Position numbers and translations under genes: made by a program. A stretch of 55,778 nt of DNA, from the NCBI GenBank assembly GCA_041659505.1, contig JBAZYF010000005.1, positions 1 to 55,778 on the forward strand, given 5' to 3'. Shown here one piece after another: positions 43,648 through 51,897 of this stretch. The notes under the pieces are model-generated. The model worked only from the letters and a program-made list of their open reading frames with translations. It searched no databases and was not told the DNA's origin. Source of the stretch: Parcubacteria group bacterium. Lineage in GTDB: Bacteria > Patescibacteriota > Minisyncoccia > Moranbacterales > UBA2206. The first letter of the stretch is position 1. Each line of letters starts with the position of its first letter.

Positions 43648-43838
43648 GGGTAGAAACAAAAAACAAAAAACACCCCGCAGAGCGTCTTATGATTTCTTGG
43701 AAATTGGAAATTTGGATTTTGTCATTTAGTTTTAGCTATCCTCAGCGCCCGGACGAATCCGTGGGGTTTGCAAGATAGGTTATGTAACTATTATAGCATA
43801 TCTGTGCGCCGTGGTATACTGGGGGTATGATTGAACCG

Positions 43839-44007
43839 TGTCATTCCCGCGAAGGCGGGAATCCAGGCACCTCAGGCTTGAAATATGGAGAAATCGGATT
43901 GTTGAAATTCAAGATTCACTGAAGAAGATCGTTTGTCAGACTTGCAACTCGATTTTCAAAAGTTTATAGATAGTGGAACCTGGATTCCCGCCTCCGCGGG
44001 AATGACA
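43839..44007. repeat. family A MITE-like element, copy 2
   Basis: TGTCATTCCCGCGAAGGCGGGAATCCAGGCACCTCAGG ... GGAACCTGGATTCCCGCCTCCGCGGGAATGACA. Confidence 0.8.
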
Positions 44008-44048
44008 AGGAAAGAGTTTTGAGTTTAAAGATATGAAATACGTCGTAT

Positions 44049-44753
44049 ATGATTATTGCAAATTTTGAACATGAAGAGAATTTATTGGCTTCTGGCTATG
44101 ATTTTGTGTTGGGGATTGATGAGGCGGGGCGTGGACCTTTAGCCGGTCCGGTCGTAGCAAGCGTGGCGGCAATTAAGGATTTTAGGAGCTTGGACCTGAC
44201 TGACAAGCGTTGGAATTTTATCCGTGATTCTAAGGCGCTTTCGGAAAAGCAACGTGAGGTAATGTTTGATTTTATCCACGAGCACTTTTACGTGGGCGTG
44301 GGAATTTGTGATCACTTAACAGTTGATCGGATAAATGTATTGGAGGCGAGTTTTCTCTCAATGAAAAAAGCGCTTACTGATCTTCAGAATCAGCAGAAAG
44401 ATTTGACGCGCGATAAAAAATGCATCGTGCTCGTCGATGGCAATAAGCTTATCCCTAGCTTTTCCTTGGAGCAGTTGGCGATCGTGAGTGGGGATAAATT
44501 GGTCAAATCGATTGCGGCGGCATCAATCATTGCCAAAGTGACGCGGGATCGGATGATTTGTGAGGCGGATAAAATCTATCCTGAATATGGTTTTTCTAAA
44601 CATAAAGGTTATGGCACAAAGATGCATATGGAAGCGCTCAAAAAGCATGGACCTTGTCCGATTCACAGGCAGAGTTTTGAGCCAATGAAAGGCTGGACGA
44701 ATAGGGCAAAAGGGTGCTATTATAAAGGCGTAAAGTATCAGATTAATCCTTAA
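44049..44753 (+). CDS. rnhB: ribonuclease HII
   Basis: GIDEAGRGPLAGPVV, DSK.LS, SIIAKV.RD. Confidence 0.9.
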   Translation: MIIANFEHEENLLASGYDFVLGIDEAGRGPLAGPVVASVAAIKDFRSLDLTDKRWNFIRDSKALSEKQREVMFDFIHEHFYVGVGICDHLTVDRINVLEASFLSMKKALTDLQNQQKDLTRDKKCIVLVDGNKLIPSFSLEQLAIVSGDKLVKSIAAASIIAKVTRDRMICEADKIYPEYGFSKHKGYGTKMHMEALKKHGPCPIHRQSFEPMKGWTNRAKGCYYKGVKYQINP

Positions 44754-44766
44754 CCTAATAGGTACA

Positions 44767-44903
44767 GGACTTACACATTTGCCAAAAAATTATTCTCAAA
44801 AGCGCGGTTTCCTAATTTTGGCTTGCCCTTGCTGGTTTACCAAGAGTCTAGGATGCTAAAAAAGACAAACGTGCGAACAACTTTTTGGCAAACGCGTAAG
44901 TCC
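44767..44903. repeat. family D hairpin element, copy 2
   Basis: Arms GGACTTACACATTTGCCAAAAAATTATTC / GAACAACTTTTTGGCAAACGCGTAAGTCC. The core is shared with 5707..5840. Confidence 0.6.
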
Positions 44904-44918
44904 TAAGATAAAAAACAT

Positions 44919-46085
44919 ATGAAAATAGGAATTGATGCACGAACAATATTAAATCCAGAGAAAGGCGAAGCGATCGGTGCCGGGCACTATGCCTATCAGC
45001 TGATCCGCCATCTTTTGGAAATTGATAAGGAGAATGAGTATGTTTTGTTTTTTGATTTTCGTGTGCGGGAAAAAGATGTCAAGAAATTTTCTCGTGACAA
45101 TGTGAAAATTAAATTCTATCCATTTTCTGATTACAAAAAATATTTGCCGGGAGCATATAGCGAAATTTTGGGCACCGCCACGCTCGCGAAGGAAAAATTG
45201 GATCTGCTTCACAGCACTTCACCGATGAGTCGGATCCCGAGCAGCTACCGAGGAAAGACGGTAGTCACGATCTATGACTTAGCGGCGGTCAAAGTGCCGG
45301 AAGTTTTTCCTGTGATGGCACGGACAAAAGCGAAAACGATGCTCAATATGGCGGTCGGAAAAGCGGATAAGCTAATCGCGGTTTCCAATTCTACCAAAAA
45401 AGATTTGTGCGAGCTGTTTGGTTGCGCTGATGGCAAGGTGCAAGTGATCTATAGTGGATTCGACAAGCGTTTGTCAGAAAAATCCGCTCTGCCAAGAATG
45501 GAAGTTTTGAAACGCTATGGAATGGAAGCGGAGGATAAATACGTGCTATTTTTGGGAACGATCGAACCGCTGAAAAATATCTCGCGCCTCTTTGAGGCTT
45601 TCGCTGGATTTAAAAAACGCTTCACAACTACAGGCAAAAATTTCAACTATAAGCTGGTCATGGCTGGCAAGCGGGGGTGGCTGGCGGCCGAACATAAACA
45701 ACTGACCAAAGATTTAGGGATTGATAAGGAAGTTATTTTTACCGGTTATATTATCGGGGATGATTTGGCGCCACTCTTCGCTCAGGCTGATTTTTTCGTG
45801 ATGCCATCGCTCTATGAAGGCTTTGGCACGACTGTGCTTGAAGCGTTCGCCACCGGCGTTCCGGCGATTCTATCCAACGTTTCTTCTATTCCGGAAATTG
45901 CCGGAGACGCGGCGAAGCTTGTGAATCCGCTGGACGTGAAAGAGATCACCGACGCGATGTTTGAATTTTCGCAAGATGAAAATTTGAAAAATAGCTATCG
46001 CGAAAAAGGTCGCGTACAAGTGGAAAAATTCAATTGGGAAAAGACGGCGAGAGAAACGTTAGAGTTGTATCAATCTCTAAAATAA
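44919..46085 (+). CDS. family 4 glycosyltransferase
   Basis: C-terminal Glycos_transf_1 motif PSLYEGFGTTVLEAFATGVPAILSNVSSIPEIAGDAA. Confidence 0.85.
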   Translation: MKIGIDARTILNPEKGEAIGAGHYAYQLIRHLLEIDKENEYVLFFDFRVREKDVKKFSRDNVKIKFYPFSDYKKYLPGAYSEILGTATLAKEKLDLLHSTSPMSRIPSSYRGKTVVTIYDLAAVKVPEVFPVMARTKAKTMLNMAVGKADKLIAVSNSTKKDLCELFGCADGKVQVIYSGFDKRLSEKSALPRMEVLKRYGMEAEDKYVLFLGTIEPLKNISRLFEAFAGFKKRFTTTGKNFNYKLVMAGKRGWLAAEHKQLTKDLGIDKEVIFTGYIIGDDLAPLFAQADFFVMPSLYEGFGTTVLEAFATGVPAILSNVSSIPEIAGDAAKLVNPLDVKEITDAMFEFSQDENLKNSYREKGRVQVEKFNWEKTARETLELYQSLK

Positions 46086-46102
46086 TTTTTACTGATTTTT
46101 TG

Positions 46103-46260
46103 TGTCATCCCTGCGGAGGCGGGGATCCAGGCACCTCAGGTTTTAAGAAAAAGAAAAACAGAATTTACTGGTCAGTAATAAAAAGTCAGAGGATTTGTAA
46201 TTCGATTTTTTGTAATTCATAACTAGTGGAACCTGGATTCCCGCCTTCGCGGGAATGACA
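46103..46260. repeat. family A MITE-like element, copy 3
   Basis: TGTCATCCCTGCGGAGGCGGGGATCCAGGCACCTCAGG ... GGAACCTGGATTCCCGCCTTCGCGGGAATGACA. It ends 8 nt before the ATG at 46269. Confidence 0.8.
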
Positions 46261-46268
46261 CAGCTTAG

Positions 46269-46580
46269 ATGGAAAAATTCTGGAAATCAATTTCGGCCGT
46301 AGAGGCGAAAGAAATCATCAAACAAAAATCCCACGCTGGGGATTTTTGTATTTTGGATGTGCGGACGGAAAAAGAATTTTTGAGCGGCGCAATTCCTGGC
46401 GCAATCAATCTGGATATCTATGCCCAGGACTTTTCTCAAAAACTTAATGCATTAGATAAAAATAAGACCTATCTAATTTATTGTCGCTCGGGCAATCGGA
46501 GCAAGTCTGCGCTTTCCTTGATGAAGCAATTGGGGTTTCAATATGTGTATGAGTTGGATGGGGGAATAATCAGTTCCTAG
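46269..46580 (+). CDS. single-domain rhodanese-like sulfurtransferase
   Basis: Active-site loop CRSGNRS; ILDVRT.KEF..G.IPGAIN. Confidence 0.85.
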   Translation: MEKFWKSISAVEAKEIIKQKSHAGDFCILDVRTEKEFLSGAIPGAINLDIYAQDFSQKLNALDKNKTYLIYCRSGNRSKSALSLMKQLGFQYVYELDGGIISS

Positions 46581-46600
46581 TTAAGTTGAGGAAATAAAAA

Positions 46601-46624
46601 AAACAGGCATTGGCCTGTTTTTTG
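46601..46624. terminator. bidirectional intrinsic terminator
   Basis: AAACAGGC-attg-GCCTGTTT with flanking A and T runs. Confidence 0.7.
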
Positions 46625-46653
46625 CTGGTATTGATTTATGTCGCAGTAGCTGC

Positions 46654-47028
46654 TTATTCAGTGCAGTTACTTTCACACTCGGCATTTTTCATCGAATCAT
46701 TCGGGAAAGTCTTTGCGCATTTTTCTACGCAAGACTTGCAGGTGTCAAATTTAGCGGTCTTTTGCAATTTACACTCGCCATTGATAGTTTGGCAACTGGC
46801 ATATTGGCGGCAGTTGTCGCCAAAGGCATACATCGAATCGCAAGCCGCGCTGGTGTTTGGACCGCAAGTGATATCAAGTCCGTGGCAATTTTCCATTCCG
46901 CATTTTCCGGAAACTTGCGGAGGATTGACTGGTTGGTTTGTATCTGGATTATTTGGTCGGCTTTGTCCGCAGCCGGTCAAAAACAGCAGGGCCATAGACA
47001 GTGTTCCCAGTGTGATGATTTTTTTCAT
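46654..47028 (-). CDS. small Cys-rich lipoprotein
   Basis: Lipobox LFLTGC after a basic/hydrophobic signal peptide. The mature part has many Cys (CGMENCHG..CG..C..C..C..C..C). Confidence 0.65.
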   Translation of the reverse strand: MKKIITLGTLSMALLFLTGCGQSRPNNPDTNQPVNPPQVSGKCGMENCHGLDITCGPNTSAACDSMYAFGDNCRQYASCQTINGECKLQKTAKFDTCKSCVEKCAKTFPNDSMKNAECESNCTE

Positions 47029-47119
47029 ATTTTTTTATGATTAATAATTATTTAGTCAAAAAACGGAATTTTTTATGCTTTTATTATAGCAGGTAATAGT
47101 TGTAGTGTGAATAGTGACC

Positions 47120-47147
47120 TTGCGAATTTTTTGGTTTATGGTACTAT
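47120..47147 (+). promoter_or_regulatory. candidate promoter for the S-A-B-S gene string
   Basis: TTGCGA-16 nt-TACTAT, preceded by TGg. Confidence 0.35.
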
Positions 47148-47190
47148 ATTGGTAAGATACAAATTTAATTAATCAACTAAAACAAAAAAA

Positions 47191-47640
47191 ATGGACAAAA
47201 AGAAATTAGCTCTCGTAGCCTCATTGATTTTACTAGTTGGCGCTTTAGCTCTCGTACTTTTAGTGAAAACCAAGAATCAAAATGAACAGGCAGCGTTAAG
47301 TGGAGAAAAACGACAATTAAGTAATCCGGTAACAGCATTACCGATTGAAAATCTGACTAAATTAGAAAAAAGCTCTAGCGCATCTGGCCAAGCAATCGCT
47401 GGAAAAGTGAAATTGATCCAGGAGGATACGCTGGCAGTGGAGGATAGGGATGGGACATTGAATGGCTTTGGCATAAGCGGTTCAACTCCGGTTTTTTTTG
47501 TCGAGGAAGGGAAGGCGGATGAACTGAAGCAGATGGCCGATCTGCGTATCGGTGACTCGGTTGAGATTTCATATGACGAAGCGACAATGGAGGTCGGCGC
47601 TATCAACGTCTTAGTTGGAAAAGGGGATAATAATAAATAA
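47191..47640 (+). CDS. small membrane-anchored protein, family S copy 3
   Basis: TM helix LALVASLILLVGALALVLLV; C-terminal GSTPV..MADLRIGDSVEISYD block. Confidence 0.65.
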   Translation: MDKKKLALVASLILLVGALALVLLVKTKNQNEQAALSGEKRQLSNPVTALPIENLTKLEKSSSASGQAIAGKVKLIQEDTLAVEDRDGTLNGFGISGSTPVFFVEEGKADELKQMADLRIGDSVEISYDEATMEVGAINVLVGKGDNNK

Positions 47641-47651
47641 ATCTAAATAAA

Positions 47652-49454
47652 ATGAAAAAAAAATATTCAAACTTGTATTTAGTTCTCTTCCTGCTCCTTT
47701 CCCTGTCTCTTTTTGGAATTTCCGATTCACAGGCGGCCGAGTTTCTTTGTTCACCAAGCAACACGACTGGCTATATTTCTCTTCAATATGGACCTTCTGG
47801 CTCGTCCGTACCCTTTACTCCGCCGACAACAAGTCATTTTGCTATTGGAGGTGGGCTTGCAAAGAATGGTCCTTGCTATAAGGATGGAAAATTCAGAGTC
47901 TTTGTCTTACCAGGAACAAAGGTTCTTAATATTGACGGAAACAACTCCATGCAAAATACGCGGCTTTATTTCATTTCTCGGTTCAATAAATTTCCTGGCA
48001 AAAAAATAGCAGATCCTTTTTCTGATGCTAATATTTTAAAACTTCCTTATGGGGGAACAAAACTGAAAACATTGAAGGATGGAGATTATCATTCTACTAA
48101 TGCCAATGGAATATTTAGCATTATAACTGATGGTTATTCGTATCCTATTGCGCCCAATGAGGCAGGCTGGGTATACGTGGACGCTGACTTTGGATCAGGA
48201 GCTAGTATCAGTTACGCTAACGCTACGGGAGATATCGACTTGGATGCTTTTAATGATTGGTATAAGCATTCCGGTTCTAATTCGGATGGCTCTATTAATT
48301 GGGAAAAGGATGTTGAGAGTATGACAACCTATGCCCCGATCAATAATCATAGGACGGATTGCAATAAAGAGACTTGTGTTGGAAACTCTTGCTGGGATGG
48401 CGCGAAATTCGTTGTTGGCACCAAGACCACTGGTTGTGCTACTGGGACAGCAACAGCCGATCCAAATCCTGGCAAAATAGGAGCAAGGATTAGTTCAGTA
48501 ATAACTTGGAAATCGGAGAATGCTTCAGTGACAACATATGCGATAGGTGAGTTTGAAAATAGGATGTCCCCTGCTCGCGGAAGCACCTTAAGTGGAAATA
48601 GTGGTAGCTTTAACTACACAGAGCGTCGTAATACGGATTATCGCGTGTTCACTTTTTTTCCGCGAAACTCTTCAAATGATATGCCGGGTACGCCATATTT
48701 CGTCAAGGTTGACTTTAAAAAAACTGGGGGCTCTCCTAATTGTGCTGCCGATACCTGCGTAGGTAATAATTGTTATGATGGATCAAAGGATATCCCTGGC
48801 ACAAAAACCCAAGGCTGTGCCACCGGCACAGTCAGTTTCGCACCAACGGCGGTTACGCCTATTTCCGAGAATCCTCCCAAAGAATTGACTTACTTAACCT
48901 GGTCTTCCATTAATACTTCCAAGCTAGAAGTGGCCTGCACCGGACCAACCACCATCGCCAGAGCGGAGATTCAGAAAAGTTCCACTGAATGGATGACTGA
49001 TGCTGCCAAATCAGGACTCTATACCAAGCCCGCCGGCGCTCCTGATGGTTACCCTGGATGGTTCCATGTTGGCACCAGTGGCACATTCGCCTGTACCTTC
49101 TATCCTACTAACCAAGCTGATGGTAAACCAGGCACTCCTTTCAAAGCTTCGGTTGAAGTCAAAAAACCTGGGGGTAGTGATTTTTCTTGTACAGGAACTG
49201 TTCCTACCAACGCCACTAAGTGTACTGACGATGATACTGAGCTAACAGCGACTCTGCCTTGGCAATCCGTAGGAACTTCTGCTTCTGCTTGCACTGCCAC
49301 TAGAAAATGCGAATACTATGGTGCTTCTTCTCATAGTGGTGATATTTGCATTCCCGATGATCCAGACTGTGCAAATCATACTTGTAAGGACGTTTCTTGC
49401 AACAATGGTTGCAATATGCTAGAAGGGGTGAAGGATTGTATTGGAAGGAGGTAA
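47652..49454 (+). CDS. large secreted Cys-containing protein, family A copy 2
   Basis: Signal peptide ..LFGISDSQA. Internal repeat C..[ED]TCVGN.C[WY]DG.K...GTKT.GCATGT occurs twice. Tail CKDVSCNNGCNMLEGVKDCIGRR matches 1..243. Confidence 0.7.
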   Translation: MKKKYSNLYLVLFLLLSLSLFGISDSQAAEFLCSPSNTTGYISLQYGPSGSSVPFTPPTTSHFAIGGGLAKNGPCYKDGKFRVFVLPGTKVLNIDGNNSMQNTRLYFISRFNKFPGKKIADPFSDANILKLPYGGTKLKTLKDGDYHSTNANGIFSIITDGYSYPIAPNEAGWVYVDADFGSGASISYANATGDIDLDAFNDWYKHSGSNSDGSINWEKDVESMTTYAPINNHRTDCNKETCVGNSCWDGAKFVVGTKTTGCATGTATADPNPGKIGARISSVITWKSENASVTTYAIGEFENRMSPARGSTLSGNSGSFNYTERRNTDYRVFTFFPRNSSNDMPGTPYFVKVDFKKTGGSPNCAADTCVGNNCYDGSKDIPGTKTQGCATGTVSFAPTAVTPISENPPKELTYLTWSSINTSKLEVACTGPTTIARAEIQKSSTEWMTDAAKSGLYTKPAGAPDGYPGWFHVGTSGTFACTFYPTNQADGKPGTPFKASVEVKKPGGSDFSCTGTVPTNATKCTDDDTELTATLPWQSVGTSASACTATRKCEYYGASSHSGDICIPDDPDCANHTCKDVSCNNGCNMLEGVKDCIGRR

Positions 49455-49501
49455 AAAGTAAAAACAAACAAAATTTAATAAATAAAAATTAAAATAAAAA
49501 A

Positions 49502-50989
49502 ATGAGGGTTATAAAAAATTTGAATTGGCTACTAATCCTGGGCGTGTTACTTTTTTTTAGTAACTCTTTAGCGCTTGGAGATACTGGGGATCAGCAAGGG
49601 TGTGACTTTTGGTATCCTTGGTCATGTAATCCGTCCTCATATTGCGTGGGGGAAACTGCTCCGTATGAGTGCAACCACAATCCTCCATGTTGCGATGCTG
49701 AAACACTTAGTGGTTTGAATTGCGCTGGTACGAAACAACCGGATTGTTCCAATTCTGGTAGTTATTGCATCGGGAAGAGTTATCCTAGTCCTAATGGTTG
49801 TGGCACATGCAACGGCACAAAGGGACCGGATTTTGATCAATCGGCTTGCTCCGCCTATGGCTTGAACTGCGGTACGTATGACGCCGGTTGCGGTTATAGC
49901 GTTAATTGTGGAACTTGTACATACCCCAATGTTTGCACTGATGGCAGGTGCTCTTGTGTTCCTGATTGTTCCGGTGCTGGTAATGTTTGTGCGGGAGTCC
50001 ATTATCCCGATCCTACCGGTTGTAGGGCCTGTATCGGCACAAAAGGACCCGATTTTGATCAATCTGCCTGTTCCAAATTTGGCTTGACTTGTGGCATATA
50101 CGACGCTGGTTGTGAAAATACTGTTAATTGTGGAACATGTACACCTCCGGCAACTTGCGTGAATGGTCATTGTGAGGGCAATGGAGGTAACGGTTGTATT
50201 CCCGCTGGTTGTCCAGCCGCTTGTGCAACTACTTGTTTAGGTGAATATTGTGGGTTTGATTGTTCTACACGATGTTATGGAACGATGATTTGTGATACTG
50301 GAGAAATTGGCGTCAAATGCGGTGGATCATGCACGAAAAACAGCGAATGCTTCACCGGACTCTTTTGTAATCCATATACGCACAAATGCGATGATGGTGA
50401 TGCTTGTATTCCCCCTGATTCCTGTTCCCCGAACAACCCTAACTGTGGCGCCAATGTTTGTATCGGAGCGCCAGACTGTTGGAATGGCTGTGAGTTTGAA
50501 CATGGCACAAAAAATTGCTCAACTTGCGGGCTTACAGTTACTCTGACTGCCAATCCAACTTCCGGTCCCGTGCCTTTTACCACTACCTTGACAGCTACTC
50601 CCAGTATCCTTCCAGTTAGTAATTATACCTATGAAAAAAGCTGCGGAAGAACAGGGACGATAACAGACGGAAACAATACAACTACAAACAAGTTTAAGTG
50701 CACATACGACACAGTACCATGTCGCAGCAGAGAAAGCGCTAGCGTGATAGTGAGAAAAAAAAGCGATCCTGACTGTACGGATTCTGATTCTGCTACTATT
50801 GCATTGGAAGCTTGTGTTCCTTCGCATGATTGTGTTTCAAATTGTAATGGCAATACTGATTGTGGCTATAAGACTGATCGATGTGTTCCGACAGGTTGTT
50901 CTAATAGTTGTGATGGCGTCACCTGCACTACAGAGACCAATTGTGGATTATGCGGTTCCGGAGAGTGGAAAGAGGTCAGTCCTAATTAA
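49502..50989 (+). CDS. secreted Cys-rich protein, family B copy 2
   Basis: Signal peptide; tandem ~75 aa modules (..GC..C.GTKGPDFDQSACS..GL.CG.YDAGC...VNCGTCT.P..C); PKD-like segment LTVTLTANPTSGPVPF; tail CGLCGSGEWKEVSPN. Confidence 0.7.
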   Translation: MRVIKNLNWLLILGVLLFFSNSLALGDTGDQQGCDFWYPWSCNPSSYCVGETAPYECNHNPPCCDAETLSGLNCAGTKQPDCSNSGSYCIGKSYPSPNGCGTCNGTKGPDFDQSACSAYGLNCGTYDAGCGYSVNCGTCTYPNVCTDGRCSCVPDCSGAGNVCAGVHYPDPTGCRACIGTKGPDFDQSACSKFGLTCGIYDAGCENTVNCGTCTPPATCVNGHCEGNGGNGCIPAGCPAACATTCLGEYCGFDCSTRCYGTMICDTGEIGVKCGGSCTKNSECFTGLFCNPYTHKCDDGDACIPPDSCSPNNPNCGANVCIGAPDCWNGCEFEHGTKNCSTCGLTVTLTANPTSGPVPFTTTLTATPSILPVSNYTYEKSCGRTGTITDGNNTTTNKFKCTYDTVPCRSRESASVIVRKKSDPDCTDSDSATIALEACVPSHDCVSNCNGNTDCGYKTDRCVPTGCSNSCDGVTCTTETNCGLCGSGEWKEVSPN

Positions 50990-51004
50990 AAAATAAAAAA
51001 CACT

Positions 51005-51421
51005 ATGCAAAAAAGCAAACAAATCCTCATCCTCATTTTTGCACTTATTGTCCTCATCAGCGGGATCTATTCTGTCGCTAGAAAAATCAGCGAAAAAAAC
51101 AAGTCAGCCGTTTCCATGACAGAGAGGACGTCAAAGACAGAACAAGATGAACAACGTAAAAAAATACTCGACCGGCAAGTGCCAGACGCGAACAATCCTG
51201 ACCTAGCAGGCACCATTGTCAATATCAAAGAAAAAACCATGCTTATCAAAGGAGTGAATGAAACAGTTTTAGTCAACATCTCTGGCGCTACTCCTGTCAC
51301 GCTGATAGATAAGAACAAAAAAGAAACCCTTGCGGGTATGGCCGACCTGGAACGGGGCGATGCAGTCAAAATTACCTATGACAAGGATAAAAACGTTACA
51401 ATGATTTATCTTGAGCAATAG
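51005..51421 (+). CDS. small membrane-anchored protein, family S copy 4
   Basis: Closest paralog of 271..687 (..SGIYSVARKISEKN.., GATPV, MADLERGDAVKITYD). Confidence 0.7.
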   Translation: MQKSKQILILIFALIVLISGIYSVARKISEKNKSAVSMTERTSKTEQDEQRKKILDRQVPDANNPDLAGTIVNIKEKTMLIKGVNETVLVNISGATPVTLIDKNKKETLAGMADLERGDAVKITYDKDKNVTMIYLEQ

Positions 51422-51458
51422 GGCTTGTGGTTGGTTGCGCGGAAATGATAGCGATAAA

Positions 51459-51486
51459 AAAACACCAGGGATGGTGTTTTTTTTGT
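51459..51486 (+). terminator. intrinsic terminator
   Basis: AAAACACCA-ggga-TGGTGTTTT followed by a T-run. Confidence 0.75.
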
Positions 51487-51500
51487 TTTTCTCTTTGATG

Positions 51501-51529
51501 TTGCCAAAAAGCCAAAAATGGACTAGAAT
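51501..51529 (+). promoter_or_regulatory. sigma70-like promoter for the ileS leader
   Basis: TTGCCA-17 nt-TAGAAT. Confidence 0.5.
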
Positions 51530-51535
51530 AAGCTT

Positions 51536-51732
51536 ACAACTAAAAAGACGTTTGAGGAACTATCAATTCCGAAGTCGAAGAAAGAACTTTCGCCGAGTTC
51601 GCGCGAAAAATTAGACTCTTCCGGGTAAGCCCGTCAACGCTGTAATTAAGTCTGCCACAGGTGGAAAATTAAGGTGGTACCACGATTTATTCGTCCTTAT
51701 GCATTTTGTTTGTATGGGGATTTTTATTTTTT
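51536..51732 (+). promoter_or_regulatory. T-box riboswitch leader (Ile-specific candidate)
   Basis: T-box sequence AAATTAAGGTGGTACCACG at 51666..51684, followed by a terminator hairpin CCTTATGCA/TGTATGGGG and T-run (51695..51732). ATC followed by A at 51562..51565 is the candidate specifier. An IleRS gene lies downstream. Confidence 0.6.
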
Positions 51733-51740
51733 AATTTTTC

Positions 51741-51897
51741 TGTCATCCTGAGCGAAGTCCGTAATCGGACGAAGTCGAAGGATCTGCCTAAGGTTATCGC
51801 GGGGCTTTTTAATTTATTGTAGAGCTAACGATTACACAAAGTAGATCCTTCGACTCCATAAATTTTCCGGAGAAAATTTATTCCGCTCAGGATGACA
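51741..51897. repeat. family C MITE-like element, copy 2
   Basis: TGTCATCCTGAGCGAAGTCCGTAATCGGACGAAGTCGAAGGATCT ... AGATCCTTCGAC ... CGCTCAGGATGACA. Confidence 0.8.

Noticed and set aside
43648-43838. A possible small structured RNA between the two repeat elements (ACCCCGC ... GTGGGGT could close a ~100-nt domain).
   Set aside because: It rests on a single 7-bp pairing with a wobble. There is no match to SRP, 6S, RNase P or tmRNA motifs that I can recognise, and no second copy to test covariation.
9644-46260. Possibility that the palindromic repeats form a CRISPR array.
   Set aside because: The copies are 150-170 nt composite elements dispersed over tens of kb. They are not short direct repeats with regular unique spacers, and no cas genes are present.
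46610-47044. A 144-aa + strand ORF overlapping the Cys-rich lipoprotein gene.
   Set aside because: It starts inside the bidirectional terminator and has no signal or motif logic. The - strand ORF has a canonical lipoprotein signal peptide and lipobox.
51411-51614. A 67-aa + strand ORF.
   Set aside because: It covers a terminator, a promoter and the T-box leader. A regulatory RNA explains this stretch better.
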